Part shown: one piece after another, positions 12,599-25,699 of the stretch
How positions within the stretch are numbered: the first letter of the stretch is position 1
Layout of the letters: every line of letters starts with the position of its first letter
Assembly (NCBI RefSeq): GCF_001194135.2
Contig: NC_069006.1
Coordinates: 21,960,621 to 22,024,620 of the forward strand
DNA length: 64,000 nt
Origin: Octopus bimaculoides
Lineage: Eukaryota
Direction: 5' to 3'
The notes under the pieces: model-generated
Told to the model about the DNA's origin: nothing
The model's input: only the letters and a program-made list of their open reading frames with translations
Database searches by the model: none
Made by a program: the position numbers and the translations under genes

Positions 12599-13009
12599 AA
12601 TACATATTTGCATAGATATAGCTTGACCAATTAATTAACAAAGAGGACAAAATTCCCATGTGAAATGCAGCAGAATTTGAAAAGATAGTGATTATATTTA
12701 AAAGTTAACTGATATGCATCAACTTGCATACTGCAAAATACAATGTCTTGAAGTTTGCATCTTTCAGTTTTACAGTGAAATTTACAGATCAAATTGGTTA
12801 TTCAAAGTTTGTTTAGGTTTACTTCCTTCATGTGCATCTTGCTGAGATGAAGGACAGAAATGTTGAATGATTTAAAGCGCAGTGGCAATATATATTCAAC
12901 TTAATTGTATAGGAATTTTTACTGAAGTTTACATAACATATTTTGAACAAGCCCATACTACTATTCCATCTTTTGTTTCATGGCAATTGCGTAAACTCAT
13001 TCTTTCTCT

Positions 13010-13101
13010 GCATGTGTGTGTATGTGTGAATATACACACACATATGTATATAGATATATAAATAAATTGATATGTGTATTTGTGTATACATATATATCTT
13101 T

Positions 13102-13180
<79 letters not shown>

Positions 13181-13650
13181 TATATATATACATACACACA
13201 CATACATATATATATACATACACACACATACATATATATATACATANNNNNNNNNNNNNNNNNNNNNNNNNNNNNNNNNNNNNNNNNNNNNNNNNNNNNN
13301 NNNNNNNNNNNNNNNNNNNNNNNNNNNNNNNNNNNNNNNNNNNNNNNNNNNNNNNNNNNNNNNNNNNNNNNNNNNNNNNNNNNNNNNNNNNNNNNNNNNN
13401 NNNNNNNNNNNNNNNNNNNNNNNNNNNNNNNNNNNNNNNNNNNNNNNNNNNNNNNNNNNNNNNNNNNNNNNNNNNNNNNNNNNNNNNNNNNNNNNNNNNN
13501 NNNNNNNNNNNNNNNNNNNNNNNNNNNNNNNNNNNNNNNNNNNNNNNNNNNNNNNNNNNNNNNNNNNNNNNNNNNNNNNNNNNNNNNNNNNNNNNNNNNN
13601 NNNNNNNNNNNNNNNNNNNNNNNNNNNNNNNNNNNNNNNNNNNNNNNNNN

Positions 13651-13690
<40 letters not shown>

Positions 13691-13810
13691 AACACATATA
13701 TAAATATATATGTGTACATATATACATATATTAATATCGAGCAATCTGTATATATTTACATAAATATATCTATACACGCGCCCCCACATACACACATACT
13801 TATGTATGCA
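13010..13810. repeat. Compound (CT)n/(TA)n/(CA)n microsatellite spanning the assembly gap 13247-13650
   Basis: Seen directly. ORFs containing X here are artefacts. Confidence 0.95.
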
Positions 13811-14294
13811 TACACAAACACACAGAGTGGCAACAGTGCATACTTCAATTCTATACAATTAATTGTATTCTGGGCTATTACAGGTGGGAAACATTTTTAC
13901 TGTTTCAATCATATTCAAAAATCTTATGATGAAAGCCAAACAATTATAAAACACTGAAAAAAATCTATCTCTAAAAAATGTAATTGAGAATTTCTCATTG
14001 AATATTTTTACAATTACCATATGATTTCCAGATTTTATTTAGAAAACTATAAACCTCTCTCTACACAATTTATTTTTCAATAACATAATAATTATTAAGT
14101 GAAGCAGAACTAACTGCTATATATTATTTCTGTAAACAATATCTTTTGGGGGCTTATTTTTGTTTAATGGGTTTCCGTGATGTTTCTTTGCTAATGTGGG
14201 TTAAATATTTATGCAAATTTAAATATTAGATGGCTTACTGAAGTGATTTACTGTTATATGGCCTTACAACAACAACAACAACAGCACCACCACC

Positions 14295-14545
14295 ATCATC
14301 ATGATTTAATGTCCACTTTTCCATGCTTGCATAGGTCAGACAGAATTTGTTGAAGTAGATTTCCAATGACTGGATGTTGTTCCTGGTGAAAATCCTTACC
14401 TATTTCAAGGTAAGTTGATATTTTGCTATGACCAGATATGTTTTCTTGGAAGATTGTAAACAAATGACACTGCTTGGATGATGGTGATACTTGTTTACAA
14501 TTATCATGTGAAGTCAAAGCAAGGTGACTGTAACATACAAACATG
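14295..14545 (-). mobile_element. Retroposon with (GAT)n tail (family C, RTE-like 3' end)
   Basis: catcat..ttaatgtccacttttccatgcttgcat. Homologous to 24500-24740, 34920-35153 (+), 52275-52625 and 63110-63195. Confidence 0.8.
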
Positions 14546-14614
14546 CACTTACATTCCTACATTATAGCAAGACACCTCTCTGTCTCTTTGTCACCTTCTA
14601 TAAGAAGGATTAAA

Positions 14615-14891
14615 AAGGATTTCTAACCGGCTTTCATTGCATGGCAAATTTTCAAGAAGAGGGAGAATTAAAATGTTTTTTACAAAAAAATAAAAAATAA
14701 TATATAAAAAAATAAATATACCAATACATTATATTGTCTTTGAGCTTTTAAAGTTGAATGGTAATCCATGTAGATAATTGTTAGAAAGATTAGGATGCAG
14801 GGAATTAAAAATCGTGTTGTGTTTAAAAAAGGCTGAGAGTTTGTGTTAAACAGGAAGTTGGTGTCAAAACAGGAAGTGTGTGTAAGGGAAG
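14615..14891. repeat. Unclassified dispersed repeat, copy 1 (runs into the gap at 14892)
   Basis: Collinear with 50748-51050, including an identical block of about 50 bp. Confidence 0.9.
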
Positions 14892-15112
14892 NNNNNNNNN
14901 NNNNNNNNNNNNNNNNNNNNNNNNNNNNNNNNNNNNNNNNNNNNNNNNNNNNNNNNNNNNNNNNNNNNNNNNNNNNNNNNNNNNNNNNNNNNNNNNNNNN
15001 NNNNNNNNNNNNNNNNNNNNNNNNNNNNNNNNNNNATATATATATATATATATATATACATACATGTATGATGATGATGATATACATGCGTGCGTGCACA
15101 CATAAACATACA

Positions 15113-15277
15113 CGATAGGCTTCAACATACTTTCTGTCAACCAAAATTCACTCACAAGGCATTGGTTAGCTCAGAACTAAAGTAGAAAACATTTGCCAAA
15201 AGTACCACAATGTAGGACTGAACTCAAAACCATGTAGTTGCAAAGTGAGCTTCTTAACCACACAGCCATACCTGCAG
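15113..15277 (-). mobile_element. SINE family A head
   Basis: cactcacaaggcattgg...gtagaaaacattt...ggactgaac...aaccacacagccatacctgc. Confidence 0.85.
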
Positions 15278-15747
15278 CTGAATATGAGAAAATAATTTTT
15301 TCCAAGATTTCTTTTAATCTTTATTAGAAAACAAAAGAGTGATGGTTCAAATCTAGTTAAAATACTACATATTGTTGTTTATATTTTCCTTTATATGTAG
15401 ACTCACATTTCAGTAACTATATATCTCAGTGCAGTTCATAAACAATTATATTCACAGTTATTCATATTTATATTGTTAATGAAAGGAAGTCAAAGTTAAA
15501 ATTTCCAAAGCTACGCAAAAAGAAAAAAAAATTAAAGCAATAAAAGAGCAAACAGTAATTCTCTTGTTAACAAAGCTGTAGGCATTCACTAACATTTAAA
15601 TTCATTAATAATATAATTATCCCCTGCACTGTACTAATGAAATATAAAGATACTGAAGTGTGTGTCTACAAATATCATTAAAAATAACAATATAAAATAC
15701 TTGACTTTAACTAGATTTGAATCTTCCCTCTTTGATTTACATGAGCA

Positions 15748-16573
15748 TAATTTTGCTACCATATCTCTGTTAAATATACTGCTTTTGTTTAAATTAATTT
15801 TGAAAATAAAGAAGAATTCAGTTAAATTAAGCTGGTGTTTATAATGTAAATAAACATGACATTTTGAGAAAAGGCTTTAATTTAGATCACTTTTGCCCTA
15901 TTGTTACCATATTTCTGTTGAAATACACTGCCTTTCTTACAATTAATTCTGAACATAATGAAGAATTTAGTAAAATAACTTAGTTATTATTAAGCTGGTG
16001 TTTGAATCATAAACATGAAGTGTTGTGGGGTGGTTGTAATTTTCAGATCATTTTAACCCTTTTGTTACCATGTTAAATATGTTGCTCTTGTTTCAATTAA
16101 TTTCGAAATTGAAAGATTTCGCATTAGGAAGGGCATCCAGCCATAGAAACTATGCCAAATCAGAATGGAATCTGGTGCAGCTCTCCAGCTTATCAGTTTT
16201 AGTCAAACTGTCTAACCCATACCAGCATGGAAAGTAGATGCTAAATGATGATGATGATGATTTAGTAAAATAATTACCATCTTTAAACTGGCATTTGGAA
16301 TACAAATTAACATGATGTTTTGAGGGAAGTTTTTAATTTAGATAACTTTAACTCTTTTGTTATCATATTTCTGTTGAAATACACTACCTTTCTTTCAATT
16401 AATTAAAAAAATAATGACATATTTAGTAAGATAACCTATTAAGTAGGTATTTGGATCATGAATTCACATGAAGTTTTGAGGGAAGGCTTTAATATACATT
16501 ATTTCAGAACTGTGAATTGTTGTACCATAGAACGTTAGGATACTCTCAGGCAGGTTGTTATCAAAAGGGTTAA
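15748..16573. mobile_element. Array of four left-portion units of MITE P1 ending in one right TIR
   Basis: Units start at about 15748, 15891, 16053 and 16348 with (ttaa)cccttttgttaccat-like sequence. There is a single aaaaggg-TTAA end at 16563-16573. Unit 3 is interrupted by a family C insert at 16120-16262. Confidence 0.8.
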
Positions 16574-16696
16574 CGATTAATAAAGGTGATGGGAGAGAAC
16601 AGAAGAAGAATCTTTTCAATGAATACTAAGAATCAATTGAGAGCATTGAAGAGAATGTTTTGAAATCTGCCAGCTCACCGCCTCAATAATAATAAT

Positions 16697-16918
16697 GATA
16701 ATGGCTTCACATTTTGGCCCATGGCCAGTAATTACAGGAGCACTGGGGTAAGTCGATTACATCAACCCCAGTGCTCAACTGGTACTTATTTTATCGAATT
16801 CAAAAAGATGAAAGGCAAAGTCAACTTCAGCAGGATTTGAACTCATAATGTGAAGACACATGAAATGTCACTAAATATTTTGCCCAGCATGGTAATGGTT
16901 CTGCCAGCTCACCACCTC

Positions 16919-16968
<50 letters not shown>

Positions 16969-17090
16969 TAATAATAATAATAACAATGACAACACCAACA
17001 CCAATGATGATGATAATGTTTACTTTCGTTTGTTTTTCAATAATAATAATAATAATAATAATAATTATAATGATAATGTAAATAATAAAT
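16697..17090 (-). mobile_element. SINE family B abutting a long (TAA)n tract
   Basis: B core at 16697-16918 and (taa)n at 16919-17090. Confidence 0.9.
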
Positions 17091-18693
17091 AAGCTAGCAA
17101 AATGCATGCAAAGCAAGCCAAAAAAAAAAAAAACGAAGAAGAAGGGAAAGAAAAAGAAGTCTGTTGCTGTTGTTGCTTTTCTGCAGCCTTTGTTAACCAG
17201 AATTTGACGGTGGCATTCACTCTGAACAACAGCAGTATATGTTATCATTATAAATGTGTAGTGGGAGGAGGTAAAGAACGAAGAACAATGACATTAGAAA
17301 TAGCAATAGTAATAATAAAAACTGGAGTCATTGGCTTATAATCTCTGTGTGTCACTTGTATAGCTTCTATCTCTCTGAATTAAATGTATTAAGAAAGTCT
17401 AGAGTTTATCAATTTCACTTCAGTATTATGGTATTTCAGTTTGCCATTTGTACAAATAAGATTTTGAATATAGATACAAACATACATGCATGCACACACT
17501 CATAGATACACAGATGTATGCATATACATACAGACAAATATATGCACACATGTACGTATATGTGTATGTGTGTGTGTGTGTGTGTGAGTATTTTTATGTA
17601 TATTTATATAAGTGTATGTGTATCTAAGTTTGTATATATTTCTATGTACAATTATATATGTGTATGTGTGTGTGTATATATAAATCTCTCTATATATGTA
17701 TGTATATATTTCTATGAATGGTTATATATATATATATATATATATATNNNNNNNNNNNNNNNNNNNNNNNNNNNNNNNNNNNNNTATATATACAAGAGTT
17801 AAAAATACCTCATCCTGAAAGCAAAACAAAACAAATATTGCACAATTAATTTTCTAATTATTTAGCTTAATCTTCTCTTTCCAAAGCTGGCATGTCAAAG
17901 CAGCAAAATATTTTAGCCAGTAGAGGTCTTCTTACAAGCCATTTAAATCTTCAGATCAAAAACTACTACAATTGCTCTGTAATCCTTTTCTCATAAGAAT
18001 GAGAAACAAATATATAAATCAAAATCCTGTTGTTGTTCATGCTGTTGTGATTTTATTGTGATTATTATTACTGTTCACTTTCTGGCTATTGGCACACACA
18101 CACATACACACAGTGTGTGTGTATGTGCAAAAGGTGGTTCATTAATTCATTAATTTCTTAATCTCTGAGGTAATTAAACCAAGAGGAAGTTTTGAATGTA
18201 AACAACATTTCCAGAGAAATAAGCTCAGTTGTTTTAGGCAAAATATGAACAACAATACATTGTTGTTTAGAGTATGTCAAACTTGGATTTTGTTTTTATC
18301 TGAGGAATTAGGAGAAACCAAGACACATAAATATATACAAATACACATTCAAACACACACATTTGCAAGCTTTTCAATCATGTGGTTTTGTGTTCAGTTT
18401 CACTTCATGGCACCTTCAGCAACTGTCTTCTACTATAGCCCCTGGCCAACCAAACTCTTGTGAATTGATTTCATTGCTAGAAACTGAAAAAAACCTTTCA
18501 TATATGTGTGTGAGTGTGTGAAACTTATTGAATTAAACTTATTAAATTAAAATATTATATCTAAAAATATTAAGGAAACAAAAATAAAAAAATGATAAGT
18601 CAACAGATATTTTGTCTAAATTGACTCTGCAGATATTTTGAGTTAAACTATGAACTGCTTAGGTAAGAAAGCCATTTCTCCCCATGCTACCAT

Positions 18694-18727
<34 letters not shown>

Positions 18728-19885
18728 CAAGGCTTCCATTGGCTGGAGAAATCACAAAAGACCCTTTTCAAGGTGCCACACAGTGAGACAGAAATGAAGA
18801 CAACATGATTGGGAAGCATGCTGCTGAACCAAACAGCCTCACCTGCTACTATATATAGTATATATACATACATGCATACACACCACACATACACACATAT
18901 GCACACTATGTAACTATATACATATATGTGTGCATAAACATTCATTCCAACATTTTAAGTAAAGAAAACTAGCATGTCTTGATTCACAAATTTGAGAAAT
19001 AGATAAATAAAAACGAAAAATAAATAAGATATATCAATAAACAAATTGTTCAAAATTTAATCAATATTTATTCAATATTTAAGCCTGTCATTTAAGTGCT
19101 GTCATTTAAATTCTGTAGGGTTTCTTACAATCATTCTCTACTCTGTCTAATGACAGATACAAAAAGAAGGGGGAAAAAAATCAGAATTATTTGTTTAAAT
19201 TTCCAAATCTAACTTTTAGAGAGAGAAAACGGGAGAATTAAACAAGTAAATCGATTTATTTATAAGTGAACTATAATATAAGGAAAGAAAAATCTATCAC
19301 TAAGTCACAAAGAGCAAAGTCAGACTGACCAAGCTAATGAGCTTTATGGCCTCTTCATGGCAGAGGTTCATTCTCTGATAGTAGGATTAATGTTCTTAAG
19401 TAGCAAACAGCAAGCAGCACATTGAATTTGTTTTTCTTTCAACAATATGATATGCAATGGATTATACTGCATATATGTGTATACTTACACACACACATAC
19501 ACAAACAAACAAATGCACACACACATTGGGTTGCCAGATGAATTTGTTCAATTTTGTCTATTTATTTTTACCCTTTGTTATTTGAATTAACATGAAAAAT
19601 ATTATATCATAGTGTTCTATGTTTTTTTTTTGTAGTTCTATTCTTCCTTTACAACTTTTGTTTACCATCATCATCATCATCATTTAACGTCCCTTTTACC
19701 ATATGCCAAAGTCAAACGTTATTTTTGAAATACGAATAAATTTTATCTTTTCACAGACTAATAACAATGAAGTGCTAAGTAGAGAAAGAAATGAATGAAT
19801 TTATCTGACTACCTAATAATGTATATATATATATATATGTAGCAAGATAACAGGATATACTGACCATGTTGACTGAGATACACCA

Positions 19886-19924
<39 letters not shown>

Positions 19925-20504
19925 GTTATCAGAGAAATCTGTTTGGTGTTTTTTAATGCTAAACATCTTTAAAAGAAGCTCTGTTAGACAAAATACCATA
20001 GTTTTGTCGCATTTACTAATGCACATACATTAAATATGTGATATTGATAATGTTTACATTATTAAACTGCTTCAAACACAAAATTTGAATTTTGTCTTCA
20101 TTGAGCGATGCTTTAGTGCATCATCAAATAGACTTTACATTATTTGTATACATGCCTTCGGCTGGATGTTGTGAGTTGTTTCAGAGGTGGAAGAGCTTGT
20201 GATACTGATGAGCAGAAATAACAACAAAATATCAAGATCTGTTGCTCTTGTTCACTTCTGAGGCAATTGAGTCTCACCTAGCTTTGAAATATACTGTGTT
20301 TTTTAACACGATAGGCCTTTAACGGGGTCATCTCTCTTGGATGAAATACTGCAGCTTTGCCACATTTACTACTATACATACACTAAGTATGAAATAAATA
20401 TATATAGAGAGAAAGCGGTGAGAGATGAAAGAGCAAGCAAAAGTGAGATACACATATTCAAGTAGTGTTGTTTGAATAAAGCATTGTGAGATGGAGCTGT
20501 TAAA

Positions 20505-21203
20505 GTTGTTTACAAAAAGCCAATACAATGTTTGGCTACTTCAAAAATATGAAGACCACATCAATGCTGAATGAGTTGCAAGTGTCCTATATAAACTGTC
20601 AAATGTCTGTATAAATACATGTCCAAAGGTGCAAGTCATTCTACAATCTTGCCAGAAAGAGAACAAGAATGACTGAGTCTTGATGTCAGTGATGCAAATT
20701 TGCAAGGTGAGTTCATTAAATAATTACACTTGCAGGTAACTTGGATAATCTAAATCATATTGGCGATTTTTCAAATCTCCATTCATATGCATCTGGTCAT
20801 CTCCTGTATAACACGCGGCTGTTGATATGGCACATATACCCAATGTGTCACCAATACCTTCTAAAAGCTTTGAACTGCATGCTTCAAGATTTAATGAACA
20901 ATGAGCAACTTCTTGGAGGTAAATTATTAATCCTTGGTAGAAATGTTTGGCAATTTTCGACCAGTAATCCTTGGAGCTCAATAACTTGATTGGTTATTGA
21001 TGTATACACAGAAAGGTCTCCTATTCAGAGTTAATGGTAAGTTTGGCATAAATAGAAGTAAAGTTAACATTAATTCTTTCAAAGACTCTTTGTATTTAAA
21101 TTTAATATATTTTATATCAAAGGTAGCATTTTAAATAGACAAACAATTTAAAATGTAAAGATTTGCTTTTTCGCCATCAGCAAAGCAACAGGCATTGAAC
21201 TAC
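20505..21203 (+). pseudogene. Internally deleted Helitron relic (Rep motif plus Pif1 helicase fragment)
   Basis: YNVWLLQKYEDHINAE*/VKCLYKYMSKG matches the Rep YNP..L..Y..HINVE and KYLYKY..KG motifs. ORF 20741..20989 LLYNTRLLIWHIYPMCHQYLLKALNCMLQDLMNNEQLLGGKLLILG matches Pif1 LIIWDE.PM...ALD..L.D....FGGK..LG. A possible 3' end is ggcattgaacTAC at 21203. Confidence 0.85.
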
Positions 21204-22100
21204 ACACACACACACACAGAGTTGTATATGTAATATATAATATATAGTTATAGATATATTACTACATGTTATGTATATAGTTAGTTATTTATATATATAT
21301 TAATATATAATTATATAAATTATCTAATACATTCATATATGTATGTGTGTCTATGTATATACACATGCATGCATACATCATTTGCTTATTATATTTACCC
21401 TTACACACATGTGTGTTCTGTACATACATGTACATATATTATTTATAACATTCATTTGGGTTGATTATTATGTTGATTTTATTTCTCAAATGAATCAACT
21501 TTAGTAAATATTATTATATCAGGCCAACAATCTTAGTAAACATTTTCGGGTTTATCAAAGATATATTTTCGATTTTTTTTTCTCCTTATTTTCTTTCCGA
21601 TGAGAAAGCAAATCCAATCGAGTAGTAATTGCCTTTACAAATCAATTCTCTATAATATATCAGTTAACAGCAATTTACTTTAAAAAAAAAAATAACTAAT
21701 AAGAAATACATAATTAAATAAATAAAATAAAACAACAACAACAACAACACAACAAAAAAAGGCCAATAAAGACAGCATAGATGAAGAGAAACACACAATA
21801 TCAACAATAGATTTTGAAGTATAAGGGAAATATTTCTAAAAAATATTTTTTTAATGGTGAATTATTTTTTTATACTTTCTAATTTTTTTTACAGTCTGGT
21901 CCTCCCTCCCCCTCTTTTCAATGTTTTTATTTTACTTTTTGCTTCCTTATTGTATTATATATGTGGTTTTTGTTGTTATCTATCACATTTCATTGTTGCT
22001 TTATCTCATGCTATACTATATGTATGTATGTACGTATGTATGTATGAGAGTGCATATATGTGTGTGTGTATGTATAAATATATATATACGTGTGTATGTA

Positions 22101-22155
<55 letters not shown>

Positions 22156-23052
22156 CATATACATAGTGAACTTAATGATGTAGAAAACTTAGTGACCAGA
22201 AATGCAGCAATTTCTCAGACTTCAATGGGATATAAATCACATTTATTTATTTTTTTAACTTTGTATTTATTGTTTTTTTTTTTTGGTAATGCTAGATTAA
22301 AGAAAAGAAATAACACCACCACTACACCACTGTTGCCTTCATCACCACCACATCCATCTCCTACATCACCAACACCACCACCAACAACAACAACACTATT
22401 TACCAAATAAACAAAAAAATAAATAATTGATAGATAAATGAAAATTAATTAATCAATTAGTAATAATAGATAAGTAGATAATGGCAAATAAATTATTTAG
22501 GTGGCTTTTCATTTGTTTGTTTTGTCTTGTTTTGTTTTGTTTTGTTCTTGGTACTTTAGATATATATTAGAATAATTCTTTCTTGGAAACAGAAACTTGA
22601 ACAGACATTACTTGAAGTTCTAAAACTTGCGAGGATTCTGTATAAAAGTTTTGAGTCATTTATATAATAAATATCCCCATTAAAGTGTCACATTATATTT
22701 ACATCGTGTGACTTAGTAAGAAGTTCACTCCACCACTTGGTAGTTCTGGGTGTGAATATATAGAATCTATTGCAACTGGTTACTAAGAAGTCTCACACCA
22801 TCAAACACATCAAAAAACAAAATGAAACCATTATTTTTTCCATCGTTAAAATATCGATTTTTGCTTCCACATTGACACAGTGTTACAGAGGACACTCATA
22901 GTCGACTTAACCCTTTGCCTATGCCGTGTGTCACGTGTGATACATGGGACATATTTCCCTGGCATCCATGTCTCATATTTGATACATACTCCTGATTTGT
23001 TTTCAACTGCCAGAATAACTTGGGACTTATGAAATGAAAGTTTTATGTTACT

Positions 23053-23390
23053 GAGATGAGAAGTTTGCTTCCCAGCCACATGGTTCTGGGTTCAATCCCA
23101 CTGTGTGACACCTTGCAAGTGGATTTAGTAGATGGAAATTGAAGAAGACCATCATATATATATATGCACACATATACATGTTTGTGTGTCTTTGTGTATG
23201 CATTTGTCTTCCACCACTGCTTGGCAACTGGTGTTGGTGTGTTTTATGTCTCCATAACTTAGTAGTTGGCAAAAGAAATCAATAGAATAAGTACCAGTCA
23301 TTAAAAAGTACAGGGCTCAATAAGTCCAACTAAAATTCTTTAAGGTGGTGCCACAGCATGGCCACAGTCTAATTGAAGCAAATAAAAGGT
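23053..23390 (+). mobile_element. SINE family A (internally deleted head)
   Basis: Head, (TA/TG)n and tail are all recognisable. Confidence 0.85.
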
Positions 23391-23432
<42 letters not shown>

Positions 23433-23508
23433 AAATAGTAGCACAAGATACCAATTTTTACTACTATTGTTTTGAGAATAATACTATTGTAATGTAATAC
23501 TATTTATA

Positions 23509-23553
<45 letters not shown>

Positions 23554-25659
23554 CCTACAAGGTGGTAGCCCAGTTTGGCTGAAATCTAATGACTGAAATA
23601 AGAAAGGGAAGAGAAGATTATAGAGGTATTATACAATTATATATGTTTATCCATCAGAGTGACAAGAACCATCTAGTCATCATTCAAAGATGAATGATGA
23701 CTTATGTTGAGTTTGTTTAAAGTGAAAAAGAGTTGTACACCATCAACGTCACTCTTGAGTTCATGACCATCTTCAGTCTAGTGGCAAGACCAAGTCAAGA
23801 CAACTGAGGATAGAGACAGATGTAATGGATAACCAGGATGTCTTACTTGCCTCATTTTGCTCTCTGCATTTCACAATGCATTGACACAGCTGCCTACCCC
23901 TCTGTTGAAACATGAAGGCTCCTTCTGCAGATTCTGCTGGATCCAGTCTTACAATCACATATGATGATGATGATGATGATAAACAATGATGATGATGACA
24001 GCTGCGATGATGATACAACATCAAAAGTTGTGTGTTGCTAAAATTTCATTTAAGTTCTATGAAATACAAGACGCGATCACGATGCTGGCTAATGAAAATT
24101 TTATTACCTAGCAGAGTGCTGGTAGTTTGAAATAAGTAACTTATCAGAAATAATAAAAATGTATTGGTGTGTTTAGATAAGTTTTACAGATAAGAACATT
24201 TTCAGTAAATAGCTAATTACTTTAAGTAGTTTGTGTTCAGACTTTGCTAGCGGCTATGTATAATTTATTGATAGGTATTTTTGAAAAAAAAAACAAAAAA
24301 AACATCAAAATGAAAACATAAAACAACTCAGTGAAATTAAATTTAATTAAAAGGTTTAAAGCTTGAAAAGTGTTTTAAAAGTACTTTTTTCAAACTTGAG
24401 TGAGAGAGGCACAGTAACTACGAGACTTAATGACTCACTACATGATAGTCAAAGTGTTCAAACCTTACTTCTGCTGTTATTGTGGCTAGTGTATGACATC
24501 TTTATCATTGTTGTTTTAACGTCCAGTTTTTTATGGGTTGGACAGAATTTTGTTGTGGTGGATTTTCTGTGGTCAAATACCCTTCTTGTCATCTACCCTC
24601 ACCTATTTCCAAGCAAGGTGATACACAACCAGAAATGTTTTCACACAAGATTGGAAAAGAAGGTCCCCATTTGTTTATGGTGACTTTCAGTTACAAGTAT
24701 CATATGACATGAAGAAAAGGAGTCAATAATATACAAACACACACACATTTATATATACGGGTTCGATTCCCAGACCAGGCAGAGCATTGTGCTCTTGAGC
24801 AAAACACATCATTTCACATTGCTCCAGTTCCCTTTCCATCAACATTTATCACAAAAATACCAATACACAGTTATGGAGGCAATGTTGTAAGCTTTAGGGA
24901 TAACCAAAGTAAGTTGAAATTTGTCTTAGAAGTAGTTCATATACGGAATATCACTGAAGTACTTTAGACAATATTATGAGTTGAGAGAATAAGCAAAATA
25001 TTCTAAAATTTGTCTTGTAGCAAGATTGTATGCAGAATGTCATTGCAATAATGTAGAAACTAAAAATATACTAAAAATTGTCTTGAAGTAACTATTTTCT
25101 TTACTTTACAGAGTAATATATAGGGTCATTCTAATTAACACATTAATTAATGAAGTATGAATTCATTGATATTGAAGAGATATTTTTTAAGGATCTATGT
25201 TATATTTTCATTATCTCATTGTCACTTCAGTTCTTCTCACATATACATATATATACACACAAGCATTCTATGCATGTAGACAGATATACACGTACTATGT
25301 ATACACACGCATATATATATAGACATTCTATACAGACACAAATACATAAATATACAGGACATTCAATATACCCATACACAGATACAGAAATTCTAGGTAG
25401 ATACACAAATACTTGCATTCACACTAACTCACACACGTGCATCATTCTGTGAAAACATGCACACACGCATGCATACACATAAATATACATACACATATTT
25501 TATGACCACACATAAGTAACTATATAGACATGCAAAGCACACAAAGACATTATAGATGTACACACACAAAAATAGATACTATATTCACACACAGACACAC
25601 ACAAGAACATTATATATATATATACATATGTGTGTGTTGTGTGTGTGTGTATGTGCGTG

Positions 25660-25699
<40 letters not shown>

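Noticed and set aside
12978-13957. Six long ORFs of 205-313 aa
   Set aside because: They run through an N gap and (TA)n/(CA)n. The same applies to ORFs at 14680-15155, 26347-27053, 31865-32248, 54423-54859 and 63613-63967.
15748-16573. CRISPR-like or coding repeat array
   Set aside because: The context is eukaryotic, the units are long MITE fragments without unique spacers, and there are no cas genes.
22905-23000. TTAA-CCCTTT start with near-palindromic gtgtcacgtgtgatac, possibly another piggyBac-like end
   Set aside because: I found no matching right terminus or second copy.
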